Assembly (NCBI GenBank): GCA_012295275.1 | Contig: CM022678.1 | Span: 16,430,001 to 16,494,000 of the forward strand | Origin: Chrysomallon squamiferum | Lineage: Eukaryota > Animalia > Mollusca | DNA: 64,000 nt | Reading direction: 5' to 3' | Shown: positions 1-12,654 of the stretch, piece after piece | How positions within the stretch are numbered: position 1 is the first letter of the stretch | Layout: each line of letters begins with the position of its first letter | Program-made: the position numbers and the translations under genes | The notes under the pieces: generated by a model | Database searches by the model: none | What the model saw: only the letters and a program-made list of their open reading frames with translations | What the model was told of the DNA's origin: nothing

Positions 1-417
1 CTTAAAATTTGTTTTAATTACCTTGACAACCAACGAATTGTTTCTTTTCGCAATACTTAGGGAAACTATATATTTTAGTAAATATTTCCATTTATTTAAT
101 CCAGTTATTATAATTAGATAAAACAGCGGTGTTTAAAATGACAAAACGTTCTTATCTGAGATGTCTAACATCGAGTTCGCTAGATTTTTTTATTAAGAAT
201 CTAGTGTTAAACAACATTCCTTCAGTCCTTTGCTTGGCATGCGTTTCGTTACAAAGTTCATTTCTACTTTTGTAACAACTAGATCACCCCACGTTTGAGC
301 TTCCAGTCATGTTTGCCTGAATTCGTGACGCATGCGAATCTCATGAATTGAAAAATAGTTTATCAGTGTTGTTTGTTGCTGGTTAGCATCGCCTAGCGTT
401 GATTTGAATTCAGTTTA

Positions 418-486
418 ATGACTATGTCTCGCTGGCGATCCAGGATTTCTATTTTTCTCTTGCTTATTTATGGAATAATTTCCATG
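418..486 (+). CDS. Possible signal-peptide exon (MTMSRWRSRISIFLLLIYGIISM)
   Basis: ATG, basic n-region, hydrophobic stretch, strong donor ATG|GTAAGT; downstream partner unclear (gap follows). Confidence 0.3.
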
Positions 487-946
487 GTAAGTCATTTAAT
501 GATTTAATGATGTAGGAATTTTTTAATTTTTAATTTAATTTTTCTTTTTAAATGATACGCATTCGTATTTTTTGACATTTGTTCATATAAATATTCGCCA
601 TATATAAAACGAAATAAAAGTTAAACTTAAAGTCACTAAAAAATAAATAAAAAATCATCATTTACGTTTCATATCTGATTTATCTCAGTAAAAGAATTCA
701 ATGACTCCATTTCCTGCGGCTTGGAAACGGAAGAACTCATTGTAGGAAATACGATTACAATTAGTTTATTATGTTTGTTATATCTATTTTTGATACAAAC
801 AATTATTTAATTAGATCATTGAATATTTATTAGGTATTCTTTAGACACAAATACAAACACTCATGCATACCCACATCAGTGAAGAAGTTAAAACAAGCTA
901 CTGAAAATACTAAACAAGTAATATTTAATATTGGAATAATATTAAT

Positions 947-1146
947 NNNNNNNNNNNNNNNNNNNNNNNNNNNNNNNNNNNNNNNNNNNNNNNNNNNNNN
1001 NNNNNNNNNNNNNNNNNNNNNNNNNNNNNNNNNNNNNNNNNNNNNNNNNNNNNNNNNNNNNNNNNNNNNNNNNNNNNNNNNNNNNNNNNNNNNNNNNNNN
1101 NNNNNNNNNNNNNNNNNNNNNNNNNNNNNNNNNNNNNNNNNNNNNN
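947..1146. other. Assembly gap (200 N)
   Basis: Run of N. Confidence 1.
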
Positions 1147-1149
1147 TAA

Positions 1150-1312
1150 CAAATGTTTCAGAAACGACGACCTTTTGATTAACGCAGTAACATTGCTGCA
1201 GTTGCTTTCATTATTATTATTTTATTATTATTATTATTACTTAATAAATATTGAAATTCTAGACAAAAGCAAAGATCATTAAATTACGTGTCTTCATAAA
1301 AAGATTCACATT
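1150..1312 (+). repeat. Dispersed repeat copy A (inverted relative to 7010-7187)
   Basis: ttttgattaa(c/t)gcagtaacatt..gctg..gttgcttt..(att)n..gacaaaagcaaagatcattaaatta shared with the reverse complement of 7010-7187. Confidence 0.75.
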
Positions 1313-3278
1313 GGTTACCGTGAAAAGAAACATAATATTAAACACACACACACATAAACACACTATTATTACACAAGTTTAGATACACAAACATTACACA
1401 CGCATACACATACAGTGTACACATTCACACACAGATTTATAAACACACCCATACTTGCACGATTTTGTTAATAAAAACATTATTCACATTACCATCATAC
1501 AGTTTTCATTGCGACAACACCTTCGAACACGCCTGATACATTACTTAAACACACACACTTTCATACATTACCACCACAGCCAATTCAGGTTTACGTGCAA
1601 AACAGTGCCACTTACAATGAAAAGCGATTTTACACAGACTTGTACAAACATGACAGCTAAATGCATACACACGTTAATGAACATGCACTTAAATACGCGA
1701 CGGTTACGCCACATTTAAATAGCGCCATCAGAGCACACACCCACATAAAGGGTTCAACCCAAAATACATCACTTCATCGGGAAAATGCACAATGCGCCAC
1801 CAGACGCTTATTTAAATATGCGCCACTTGCACTTTTACAAACATAAATTTACTGACACACACTTAGAATACGTTTAAAACAATTAATCATTTTCAGGTCA
1901 TCGGACCATAGCAGCGTTCCAGACGAACCTACGCGATACAAACACCGTTTCCGTCATAGATGCAACGACCGATCATTGCGAATATTCAGATCTGTTCGCG
2001 GCGTGCATTGCGTTCATGAACTCACTATATTTAAATGCTACTGCATATTGCCGTTTTTTCAGACGTGGAAATATTTCTTCATTGCTGGTCTTCTGCGCAT
2101 CGCTTTTGTGATTCAAAATCGATTTGCCTTCTATTATACAATGCTACTTCGTTTACTATAACTACTACTATTATTTAAAAGACTACTACTAATCATTACT
2201 GCGTGAAATTTTCCAGGTTGCAAGTCGCTGACGAACTTTGCCCATAGTTAAATATTATTGTTACCAAAGTGTCTTTACAAAACCGATAGTACCTCTTCTT
2301 TAAAAAAGTAAAAAAATGCAAGAAGTCACACAAAGGTCGTGCCGGTCGGAAGCAGTTATATCTTTAGTCATTATTATTAAATACCTTTGTTACGCCACCG
2401 CCACAACCAGTTTTAAGATTCACATTTTGATAAATCCAAAGAATATCATATATAATATAATATTATATTATGTGTTCTCAGCTATCTGGCAAAGAGTTCT
2501 AAAGATAACTACAGAATGGGGTCATTAGATGAATATAACGATGATACAAATATTGCCAGCAAAACGTGATGAAACAAAGACCAGTCTGGTTGCATGTTAA
2601 ACACAGAGTTTTTATGCGTTAATTAATTTATTAACAAGAACTCAGTTACAGTAAAGAAACCTGTAAACATATCATTATTTATCGATGATAATATTAAGTA
2701 TAACTATCCACCAAACTCCTTTTTAGTCACCCTGGAACTGATTGAGAAATTAACAAAAATAATTTTTAGTAATCTTTGCAATCGGGCCAATGGGTTTATT
2801 TAGCTAAATAGCAATATTTTAACTCTGTTCTATGAAAAATCCAAATAACATCGTCATTTTATTATCTTAATATTATTAATTATTGACCATTAGGAATAAC
2901 AGTAATAATACTAAGTTTGATCACATATTGATACGTTGATACAGAATCTGGTTGTTTTGAATAAGATATAGAGTTAAGCTCAAATTTACATAATTAAATG
3001 CCAACATTCAGGCAAGATATCGCCATATATTGTGTGTATAATTGTGTAAGGTCACGAGTTGGCTTGTTATTTTGACTATAAAAGCTTTGCAGATTAGTAT
3101 AAATTTGTTCTTTCAAAAGTTTGTATATTATTTATTCTTAATTCACAAAGATTTTCTGCACAAGATATTGTTTCTTATTTACTTTTTTTCATTATAATAT
3201 TATTATGATTAAGATTAGTTGCTTATTATTATTTTATTATTGTTTTTATTATTATGATAATTATTACAATACATAAAG

Positions 3279-3623
3279 ATCATATACCTGAAGACATATC
3301 ACTGGTCGAATTATTATATGAACAGATACGTGACAGAATTGGTTATCAAACAGACAGTGAAGAATCATGTCAATACTTTCCAGATATCCCATTTGTCGAA
3401 TGGTTCATATCTGAAGGATTCGGACAAAGGCTCAGGCTCACACATACATTTTACATATTATACTCCACACCATTACAATGTATGCGCCAACACGTCACTC
3501 GTATCAAAAACAAATTCAATCTGCTTACGCAATGGCACCCATAACAAGTTTGATGGTCATATTCATCAAGCCCATCTTGAGAATTGGTTGAGTGATTACA
3601 AATTTCGTGAGGTTTGGTTCTGA
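3279..3623 (+). CDS. Possible terminal exon of an unidentified gene (IIYLKTYHWSNYYMNRYVTELVIKQ...LENWLSDYKFREVWF*)
   Basis: 114-codon complex, non-repetitive open frame in AT-rich surroundings; AATAAA at 3686-3691; no family recognised, weak acceptor. Confidence 0.35.
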   Translation: MIYLKTYHWSNYYMNRYVTELVIKQTVKNHVNTFQISHLSNGSYLKDSDKGSGSHIHFTYYTPHHYNVCANTSLVSKTNSICLRNGTHNKFDGHIHQAHLENWLSDYKFREVWF

Positions 3624-4135
3624 CAGCAACTTAGTGTTTAGTTTGCATAATGATGATATATCTCACATTTGGATATGTAAGGAAAAATAAACTAAAATAA
3701 TGATAAAATAATTAAAATGAAATATATATATAAAAAAAAAATTCAAAATTAAATTCAAAATATTGTGAATCCAGTTTCATTCTATATTAATATCACTAAA
3801 ATTAATTTTTAGCAAGGACCAAAAAAAAAAAAAAAAAAAAAATTACTTAAAAATATTTAATCTATGCATTCTATAATATAGCTAAAACAAACCAGTGTAA
3901 AATTAGATTTAACTATTATTATTTATTTTATATTCTATTTTTATTTTACAGATGTATTTTTTCTTATTATATTTCTTATTAATTATTGTTAATTAATATT
4001 TTTTTTATTAAAACAAGACACTCAGAAATTAATAGTACTTTTTTCTTTAAATTTATAAAACAAAATTAATAATAATCATTATTATTACAATAATGAAGAT
4101 GGGAATAATATTTTACAATTTTGCATAGAATTTAA

Positions 4136-4207
<72 letters not shown>

Positions 4208-6152
4208 TATTATTAAAAAAATATAAAAAGTTTGTGTTCAAATTTAAAGTATTTTACAGAATTAAATTTCTCTGGTACAGTAGATATCACTTTTAACACA
4301 CAAAACGCACAATAAATAAAATAAATATGGAAGCCATTCTAAGAACCACAACTCTATGCAAACACAACACAACATGTAAAAACTAAACACTAAGTTGCTG
4401 TCAGAATTTGCTAATAAAGTCACATTGTAATCACACTTGAACAATTCTCAGATGGAAGCTTGATGAATATGACCCTTGACCTTGTTATGGGTGTGTGCAT
4501 GTGCTTGTGTGTGAATTTGTTTTGTCCTGCTGTGTACATGTGTGTATACATTGTGTAAGGTGTGTTATAATATGTAAATGTATGTGTGAATTTTAATTTT
4601 GTTTAGTCCTTCTGAATGTATGGTGTGTTTGTGTGTTGTGTGGGATATCTAGATGTGTGTGCATATTGTGTTGTTTGTGTTTGATGTGTAAGGTCTGTGT
4701 ATGTGTGCAAGTGTATATGGATATTGAGTGTATGTGTAGGTATATGTGTCTTTGTCTGTGTGTGTGCATTTCTCACAACTCAAAAAGCAGAAACAAATAA
4801 AATGAAGTTAGGAAAAACCCCACATTGCAATATAATGCCATAAAATGTATAATGAAAGAAAAAAATTACAAAAATAAATCAGAGTAAACATGTATTTTAG
4901 AAGTCTGTGACTTGTAATAAATAATATACAAATACACAAGAAAAAAAAACAAACCCAGTTATAAATCTGCAAGCTTTTATGAGATCCAGTGTAAAATTAT
5001 GTGACCAAAATTTACTGTTATTTAGCCACACAGTATTTCACTATACAGTTATCTTGCCTAGATGACAAACGTTTAGTGTAACTCAGTTTATTAAATGTAG
5101 GCAAATACACAGATCTTAATAAAACCATGCTCTGTATGTAGTATTAAAAATATGATCAGCTTAGTATTATTAATACTATTCATGTACCTAATAATAATAA
5201 TAATAATAATAATAAAGATAATAAAAATAATGATGATAATTTATTTTAAAAGATAGAAATTATCTTATTTATATATGTATATACTATTATATTTAGCTAA
5301 ATAAAACTACATTAATTTAGATGGAAAAGTTAAGTAGTAAAAGTTTCTCTATATTATTTTGATTTAGATATAATCTAATATTTCTACCTATATAACATTG
5401 TTTTCTGGATTAATATACTTAATATTATCATCAATCTAAAATTATTCAAAATGATATGTTTTACAGATTTCTATATGGCTGAGTTCCTAAGTTGATAAGT
5501 GAAATACACTTTTAAAAATGTCTTTGTTTTATATATAATCTGTAGAGTTATGAATAGACATTACGCATCCATTATGAATGCAAATAGTAAAAGAGTGAAA
5601 TCAAACGTTAATTCTGTAGCCCCACATTTCTGCAAACCCTCTTTAAAGGTTTCTCTAAGAAATTTACAGAAACAAATTTTATTAATATATTAATATTATA
5701 TTAAGGATGAGAGTTTCTTGGGATATTTAAAAATGGAATCTTAAAACTGGTTAATAACAGTAACAATAACAAAAAGATAAAATAATAATAATAATTAAAA
5801 AAATATATATATTTGTGCTGACAGATTCTGGTAACAAAAGCAGAACATGGTTTTTACTGAAAGAAATTTTCATCAGTTTTAAACAAGATTTACTTTGAAA
5901 TTTTCTTTTCTTTAATATTTAGCACTATAGAACTTAAATTCATCATGAAACACAACTGGAAAATTCCACAGGTATAAAACACAACTCTTCTTTTTTTAAA
6001 TAAATAAGTCATTTATAATTAACAAGCAATATACAGTAGCACATCTTTATAGATTAAATCAGTTTTGAATGCAGAAACTGTGATGCAGCCTGATTAATAA
6101 TGAAAAAAATATTTCCCATCTGAAAAACTTGCAGCTAGATATATCTCACAGT

Positions 6153-6347
6153 CATTTAAAATATCATGGGTTCATGTAGATTTTATTTCACACCCACTGA
6201 ATTAAAGATCTGAATATTCTGAAAATGATCAATTATAAATTTGCATCTATATCTGACAAACAGTGATTTGAAATATCACGGGTTCATTCTAGATTTTATT
6301 TCACACCTATGAATTAAAGATCCGAATATTCTGAAAATGATTAATTA
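6153..6347. repeat. Direct tandem duplication (~113-bp period)
   Basis: aaatatca(t/c)gggttcat..tagattttatttcacacc..tgaattaaagatc.gaatattctgaaaatgat.aattat twice. Confidence 0.85.
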
Positions 6348-6953
6348 TTTTAAGCTTATCATTTCTAAATTATAAATATAAGAATTTAAATAAATAAAAA
6401 TATTTTTAAATTAGCATATTTAAATAAGCATCTTTTAACTGGCACATTCAAATTAACATTTTCCCATTGGCATATTAATATTTTAAAGTTGAAATTTGCT
6501 AATATAAACCTAAGATGCTCTAGTCAGCATATTTAAATTAGCATGTTTCATTAGCATATTTAAATAGCATGTTTCATTAGCATATTTAAATAGCATATTT
6601 AAATATCATGTTTCAATAGCATATTTAAAATCAGCACACTTAAATTTAAAGTAGCTTTAAAAATGCACATTAAACCTGAATTGAAACAAAGTATTGTGAA
6701 AAACAGATGAAAATGTATGAAAAATGACAAAACGAAGTGATATGAATTTCTTCATGTACATCATCAAAGCCAAATTTACACATATTCAGGAAATGTAACA
6801 CAGAAGCAATATGGTCCACAATGAAAAACACATGATTAAAAATAAATAATGTTTTTATTTAACAAAATCATTTTAAATTTTTGAATATTTTTATAAATCA
6901 GTGTGAGAACTCTACACTAATATTATATGCAGACTAATGGTTTTTGCTATCTA

Positions 6954-6984
<31 letters not shown>

Positions 6985-7009
6985 TAATAATAATATGTTT
7001 GTTTCTAAT

Positions 7010-7087
7010 TAATGTAGATCCTTTTTTTACTGTATAAAGTTTTAATAATTTAATGATCTTTGCTTTTGTCAATTTCAATGTTGTTAA

Positions 7088-7127
<40 letters not shown>

Positions 7128-7187
7128 GCAACAGCAGCAAATGTTACTGCATTAATCAAAAAAGTCAATCATTTTCTGAAAAACTTT
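7010..7187 (-). repeat. Dispersed repeat copy B, downstream of the CAMSAP stop
   Basis: Reverse complement matches 1150-1312. Confidence 0.75.
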
Positions 7188-7999
7188 TATTTAATCTACT
7201 ACAAGTATTAAGATGGTATAAAAATTATCAGTAAAGCTGGAAACACTTTATAAAAACGTGATATTGACTTAGCAACTTTATGTACCTTTTATAGAAACAG
7301 GTCACATTTACTTCACATGAATAACATTAGGAACATGGAAAAGATGTCTCATACAACAAATATTAAAAGTATTATTTGTCATAAGGCATTGTGATTAAAT
7401 ATTCAGTTACAATTTACTAAAAATGAGAAAATGTAAGCAATATTTATGTATTCCAAAATAAAATAAAATAAAATAAAATAAAATTACCTGAATGGTTTAG
7501 CTAAGAAAAAGCTCTTGAAAGTAATGGATATATTTTTTGTGTTTAGAAAAACAAAAAGTGGATCAATTTGTCTAAATTAGGGGTTATGTTTCCAATGTAG
7601 CTTTTAGTTTATCTTATTCATGGTTATAAGATTAAAAAATAACTAAATAAAGAAAAGAAAATATGAAAAATTCACAGAAACAAACTAACGTTGTTTAACT
7701 ATGAAACATTTCTTCAGATGTTTTGTCTACAAACAACTGTAATACACAATTTCTGCATCTGACAAACTACTGCAAAAAGTGAAAGAAAAACATTTTGAAA
7801 AGCTTGGTATTTTCAATGTAAAGATATTAATGAAAGAAAAGAAAGAATAGAATATTGTCCAAAGGAGAAAAAAAAAGAAAAAAAAAAAAGATGTACAAAA
7901 CATTTGTCATCATAAATTGTAACCATGACAACAATGTAAAGAGCCAACTGCTGATGATGTCAGGATGATGGTGATGTGTGTTGTGAGATCTACGTCTTC

Positions 8000-8135
8000 C
8001 TAATATACTTTCTTTGACGTTGCTGGCGGTTTCCCAGTCTTCCAGAGAGCATTATGAATAACAACAGCATCAATGGACACAGATAAATGTTTGGTTGATG
8101 TCACTTCAGTGAAACTTTTAGCCCCAGAATTATAT
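8000..8135 (-). CDS. CAMSAP: CAMSAP terminal coding exon 20 ([35 protein letters not shown]...KKVY*)
   Basis: tctcacag acceptor; YNS...K.LS.S.DA..I..LW CKK end; TAG at 8000-8002. Confidence 0.95.
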
Positions 8136-8858
8136 CTGTGAGAAAAACAAAATAATATTAATTAATTATTACATGGTAATTAATAAGTAAAACAATAATT
8201 CATTAGTATTGACTCATTCCTAATCAGAAAGCATTCTTAAAAACACATTTACTTTCACTGAAATATTTTAATCTTAAGCTGACATTTCTGTGACATAATT
8301 AATAAATTATAAAAAAAGAGAAAATAAGAAAAGAACTTGAAACTAAATAAAGTATTTGGTTTTTATTAATAAGAAATTATATATTGATAAAAATTTTATC
8401 ATCACTATCTAATCACACCACAAAAGGAAACTGATTAAGTTCTTGTTATAGGCTCTATCATTTTTTTTTTATTGATAAACACAAAAATTTAAATTTCATT
8501 TGGTCACTATAAAAGCTGCATGTTGAGAAAGGTACAAATTTATAAAGATAATGTACATGATGATAGACATAAAAATATATTAAATATATGCTTACTTATC
8601 AAACTATTTATTTATGAGAGATATAAAATATGGATACTTACTTATAAAACCTATGAATCATTTTATTGGTAATTTCTTTAGGTCCTACACCACAAATTTT
8701 GATAACTTCGTCTGTTTCGGGTGTGAAAGAATACAGAGCCCTGTACTGACATCCTCCATCTCGGAACAGAATTACAAAGTGTTTAGCATCAGCCTTTGCC
8801 AGTTCCTAGATATACAAACAAACAAGCAAATAAACAAACAAACAAACAAACAAACAAA

Positions 8859-8893
<35 letters not shown>

Positions 8894-11859
8894 ACTGATA
8901 AACAAAATATAAATAATATACTGATAAACAAAAAAAAAAATAGAAACAAAATAAAAATACATATTTGGTATTTACAAAAAGGATTCAAAAGCAGCTAAAG
9001 CTGATTTTGCTTTGCAATAATAACATATGGTATAAAATTACAGTCATTACTTATAAAATTATAGACACTCGTACCTATCCTGTAGATTTATTCCATTCTG
9101 AGGTATTTCTATAATTCTCCAACAATTAATAACAATGGTCAGTCAAAAGACCTCAGAAGGGTGATCAGACTTAGAAATGTATGTTGTCATTGGAATAAAA
9201 TAAAAAGACAATAATAACAAACAATGGTAAAATTCTGTACATTAACAAGAATGGGATAAACCAGAAAAAGAATTAATTCACTTATAAAATCTATGTGTTT
9301 CTTATTACTGTTTGTTTTCTTAAAAACAATCAAATATAATGAAAGAATAATTCTACAAGAAAATTAAATGAAGTGTATGAAACAGAAGTATGTATTAAGT
9401 GTCACCTCTAAAACTTTGTTTTTCAGGTCTGTGTTGACGATGCCTGCGAGGCAGCAGTGGCTGATAGCGTTGAGGATGATGTGACGATTAGATTTAGAAC
9501 TTGGCTTTACATACAACTTTGGTCCTGTTCAAACAAAGAAACACAACAACACTGACAAACTAAACACTGTGATTAATTTAGGATTTAAAACATGAATAAA
9601 GTGGGTTTTTTAGGTTTAGAAATGTTACTGTCCTATCCTGACTGAAAGAAATTTAAATATATTTTACAATCTTTTTAATGTGAAAGGATAACAATGTGTT
9701 CAATTTAAAAAATTATAAAATTCAGTTTTACTATACTGTGAAGCAATTACTAATGGTTAAAATGGATTAAAAAAAAAGGTTAAAAAATGTGTGCATCTAA
9801 TATTATATTTTATGATTAGCGGCTATGATATTCAAACTACTCATGCTGAGAATAACAAAAAACAACAATAATAAAAGTATTAATAATGATGATGTAGTAA
9901 TAAATTTGCTTTTAATAATAGAGTTATCTCTAGAAATAAGAGTTATCTAACCTGAATATTCACCAGTTTCACTTCCATCCATTCTCGGAGTTCTTCTTCC
10001 TAACCGGTACAAGTCTGAAAAAATAAAAAATAAAAATAAAAATAAATGAAAACAAAAATAAATTAAAACAAATTAGTATTAACTATAAATCCATAAATAA
10101 TTATGAAAAGTAAGCATCAAGTACATGCTTGTAGGAGAGGTTTATGATGTAATGGAGTTAGACTGCAGAATCATGTCACATGATCACAAACTGTATAATT
10201 TATACTGTTTATGATTAATGTACCTGGAGATGCTGTCACATGACACAAATTTATATTGTTTATCATTAATGTACCTGGAGATGCTGTCACATGACACAAA
10301 TTTGTATTGTTTATGATTAATGTACCTGGAGATGGTGTCACATGACAAATTTATATTGTTTATGATTAATGTACCTGGAGATGGTGTCACATGACACAAA
10401 TTTATATTGTTTATGATTAATGTACTGGAGATGGTGTCACATGACACAGATTTATATTGTTTATGATTAATGTACCTGGAGATGCTGTCACATGACACAA
10501 ATTTGTATTGTTTATGATTAATGTACCTGGAGATGGAGGTCTTCTGTATGTGGCTCCCCCTGTCTGCCCGTTTTGTGTAAGGACATTGCAGGAAACTAAC
10601 AGAAAAACAAAAAGTAATTGAAAAGCTTGTGTTATATTACTTGAAATCTCAAAAACAATTAATGACATAATGATGGATAAATAAATAAATAAATAAATCA
10701 ATCAATCAATAAATAAATTATTTTATTTTAAGAAAATAATAAAAACAGAAAAAGAACAGAACAGAAAACTCAAAATACTAATTATATAACAAAGAGAGAA
10801 AACTTGAAGAAGAAAACTGATGCTTTTCAAGTTTAATTACAAATAATAATAATGATAATAATATTAAATATCAAATACTAATAATAAACGTTAAAAAAAT
10901 ACTTATAAAAAAAAGCAGAAAGTTGCAAACAAATAGATTATATATTCTACATTATAAATACTACCAGTAATAATTAATGCTTTATCTCATCATTAATTTA
11001 TTAACCACTTACTATGTTCAGTAATAAATTTTACATGAAAATCAATTAAATTCTCCAGATAGTGTTCTGACTGTACATGTATGTAATAACATATATCAAT
11101 AAATCTTAAACACATAAATTTAGCAATGGTTTAATTTAGATTTGACAATAATAATTAGCAGGGCTTTAAAAATAAGAAAATTAATAAACAAGTGAGCAAG
11201 CTAAATTAACCAAAACATAACCTGCAAATAAAGATTTAAAATAAAATTTCAAAGAAAAGATCATAACTAATATTATAAATCTAGACTGACAATGATGATA
11301 ATGAAGAGGATTAAAATGGAGACATTTACATGACAATACATGAAGATGTTGTAGATGATAAATCAATTAATCTCTAAATAAATGATGTTATTAAAAAATA
11401 GAAATAAATAATAATAATAATAACAACAACAAAACAACAATAATATTAAAAATAAAATAAATAAATAAATAAATAATAATAAAATGGTGATTTCTAACTA
11501 CATTATTTTGATGCATCTTTCTAAATCTACATGGTATAAAGACTGCAACTTCTGCTTACATTTATGTGTGCACTTTGGCAAATATTAAATAGTCTCTTTT
11601 CAATTAAAACATTTTTTCAGTGAATTTTTATCTAATAGTATATTTAAAACAATAAATTATTAATCTGATACATTAAAAAAGGGTATAATCTGGGTGTTTC
11701 ATGCAGTAGCATGTTGCTAAAAGCTTTTAAAAAGCTTTATCAAGTTTATATGTCTGTGATATATATATATATATATTCTGCAGTAGCATTCTGGATAAGC
11801 TAATGAAAGTTTTGTAAATATGCAAACAGAATTAAACTAAGAGCAGAAAGACTTTTGAC

Positions 11860-11892
<33 letters not shown>

Positions 11893-12608
11893 CAAAAGCA
11901 AAAATGGAAAGAAAAATCTGTAAGGCAAAGAACTGGTTAAAATTTTAAATGATGGGCTGATGAAAACATATGGATGACTGAATGATAATTATTATGTTTT
12001 AAACTGATGGATGATGATAATTTTTGTTAATTTTTAACATAAAAGCTGAATAAATCTGATGGTCCAAATGGCCTAAATGTATTTTGCATAGTTCATGTTT
12101 ACTGTTTTAATTTTTTCTGTTCACCAAAATGTTTTCTAATAATAAAGTGTATATCAACAAACTTATATAAAGAACTTTCTTTGTTTTCATATCTCTGTAT
12201 CTCTCGAGAAATATATATATATATGAGACACGTAAAACATATTCAGATTGAGTAAATTATCACAAAATGCTGGCATACACTCTGTTACTGATTTCTGTAT
12301 AAAATAATTATGGGTACCAGAAACCACAAAACTATTGGAATACAAAATACATTTAGGATGTTTGTGATTTTCTAGATGTGGATGAGAACAAACCTGCTTT
12401 TCTCATATTGCCGTGAGGTGTACCAATACGAAAGTGAGAAGGATGGGAGGCTGAAACAAGCAAACAAACCAATGCAACAAAAAACAAGAAAAAAAAAAAA
12501 CAGATTGAAAATAAAATAAAGTCCAAAATTCCTTAACCTAAATCATGCAGGAAGCAAATAAGTGACTAACTTTCTTTGGTTGATTTTTTTCTCTGGTTAA
12601 TTATTTTA

Positions 12609-12654
<46 letters not shown>

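Noticed and set aside
879-1178. ORFs spanning the N gap
   Set aside because: Artefacts of undetermined bases.
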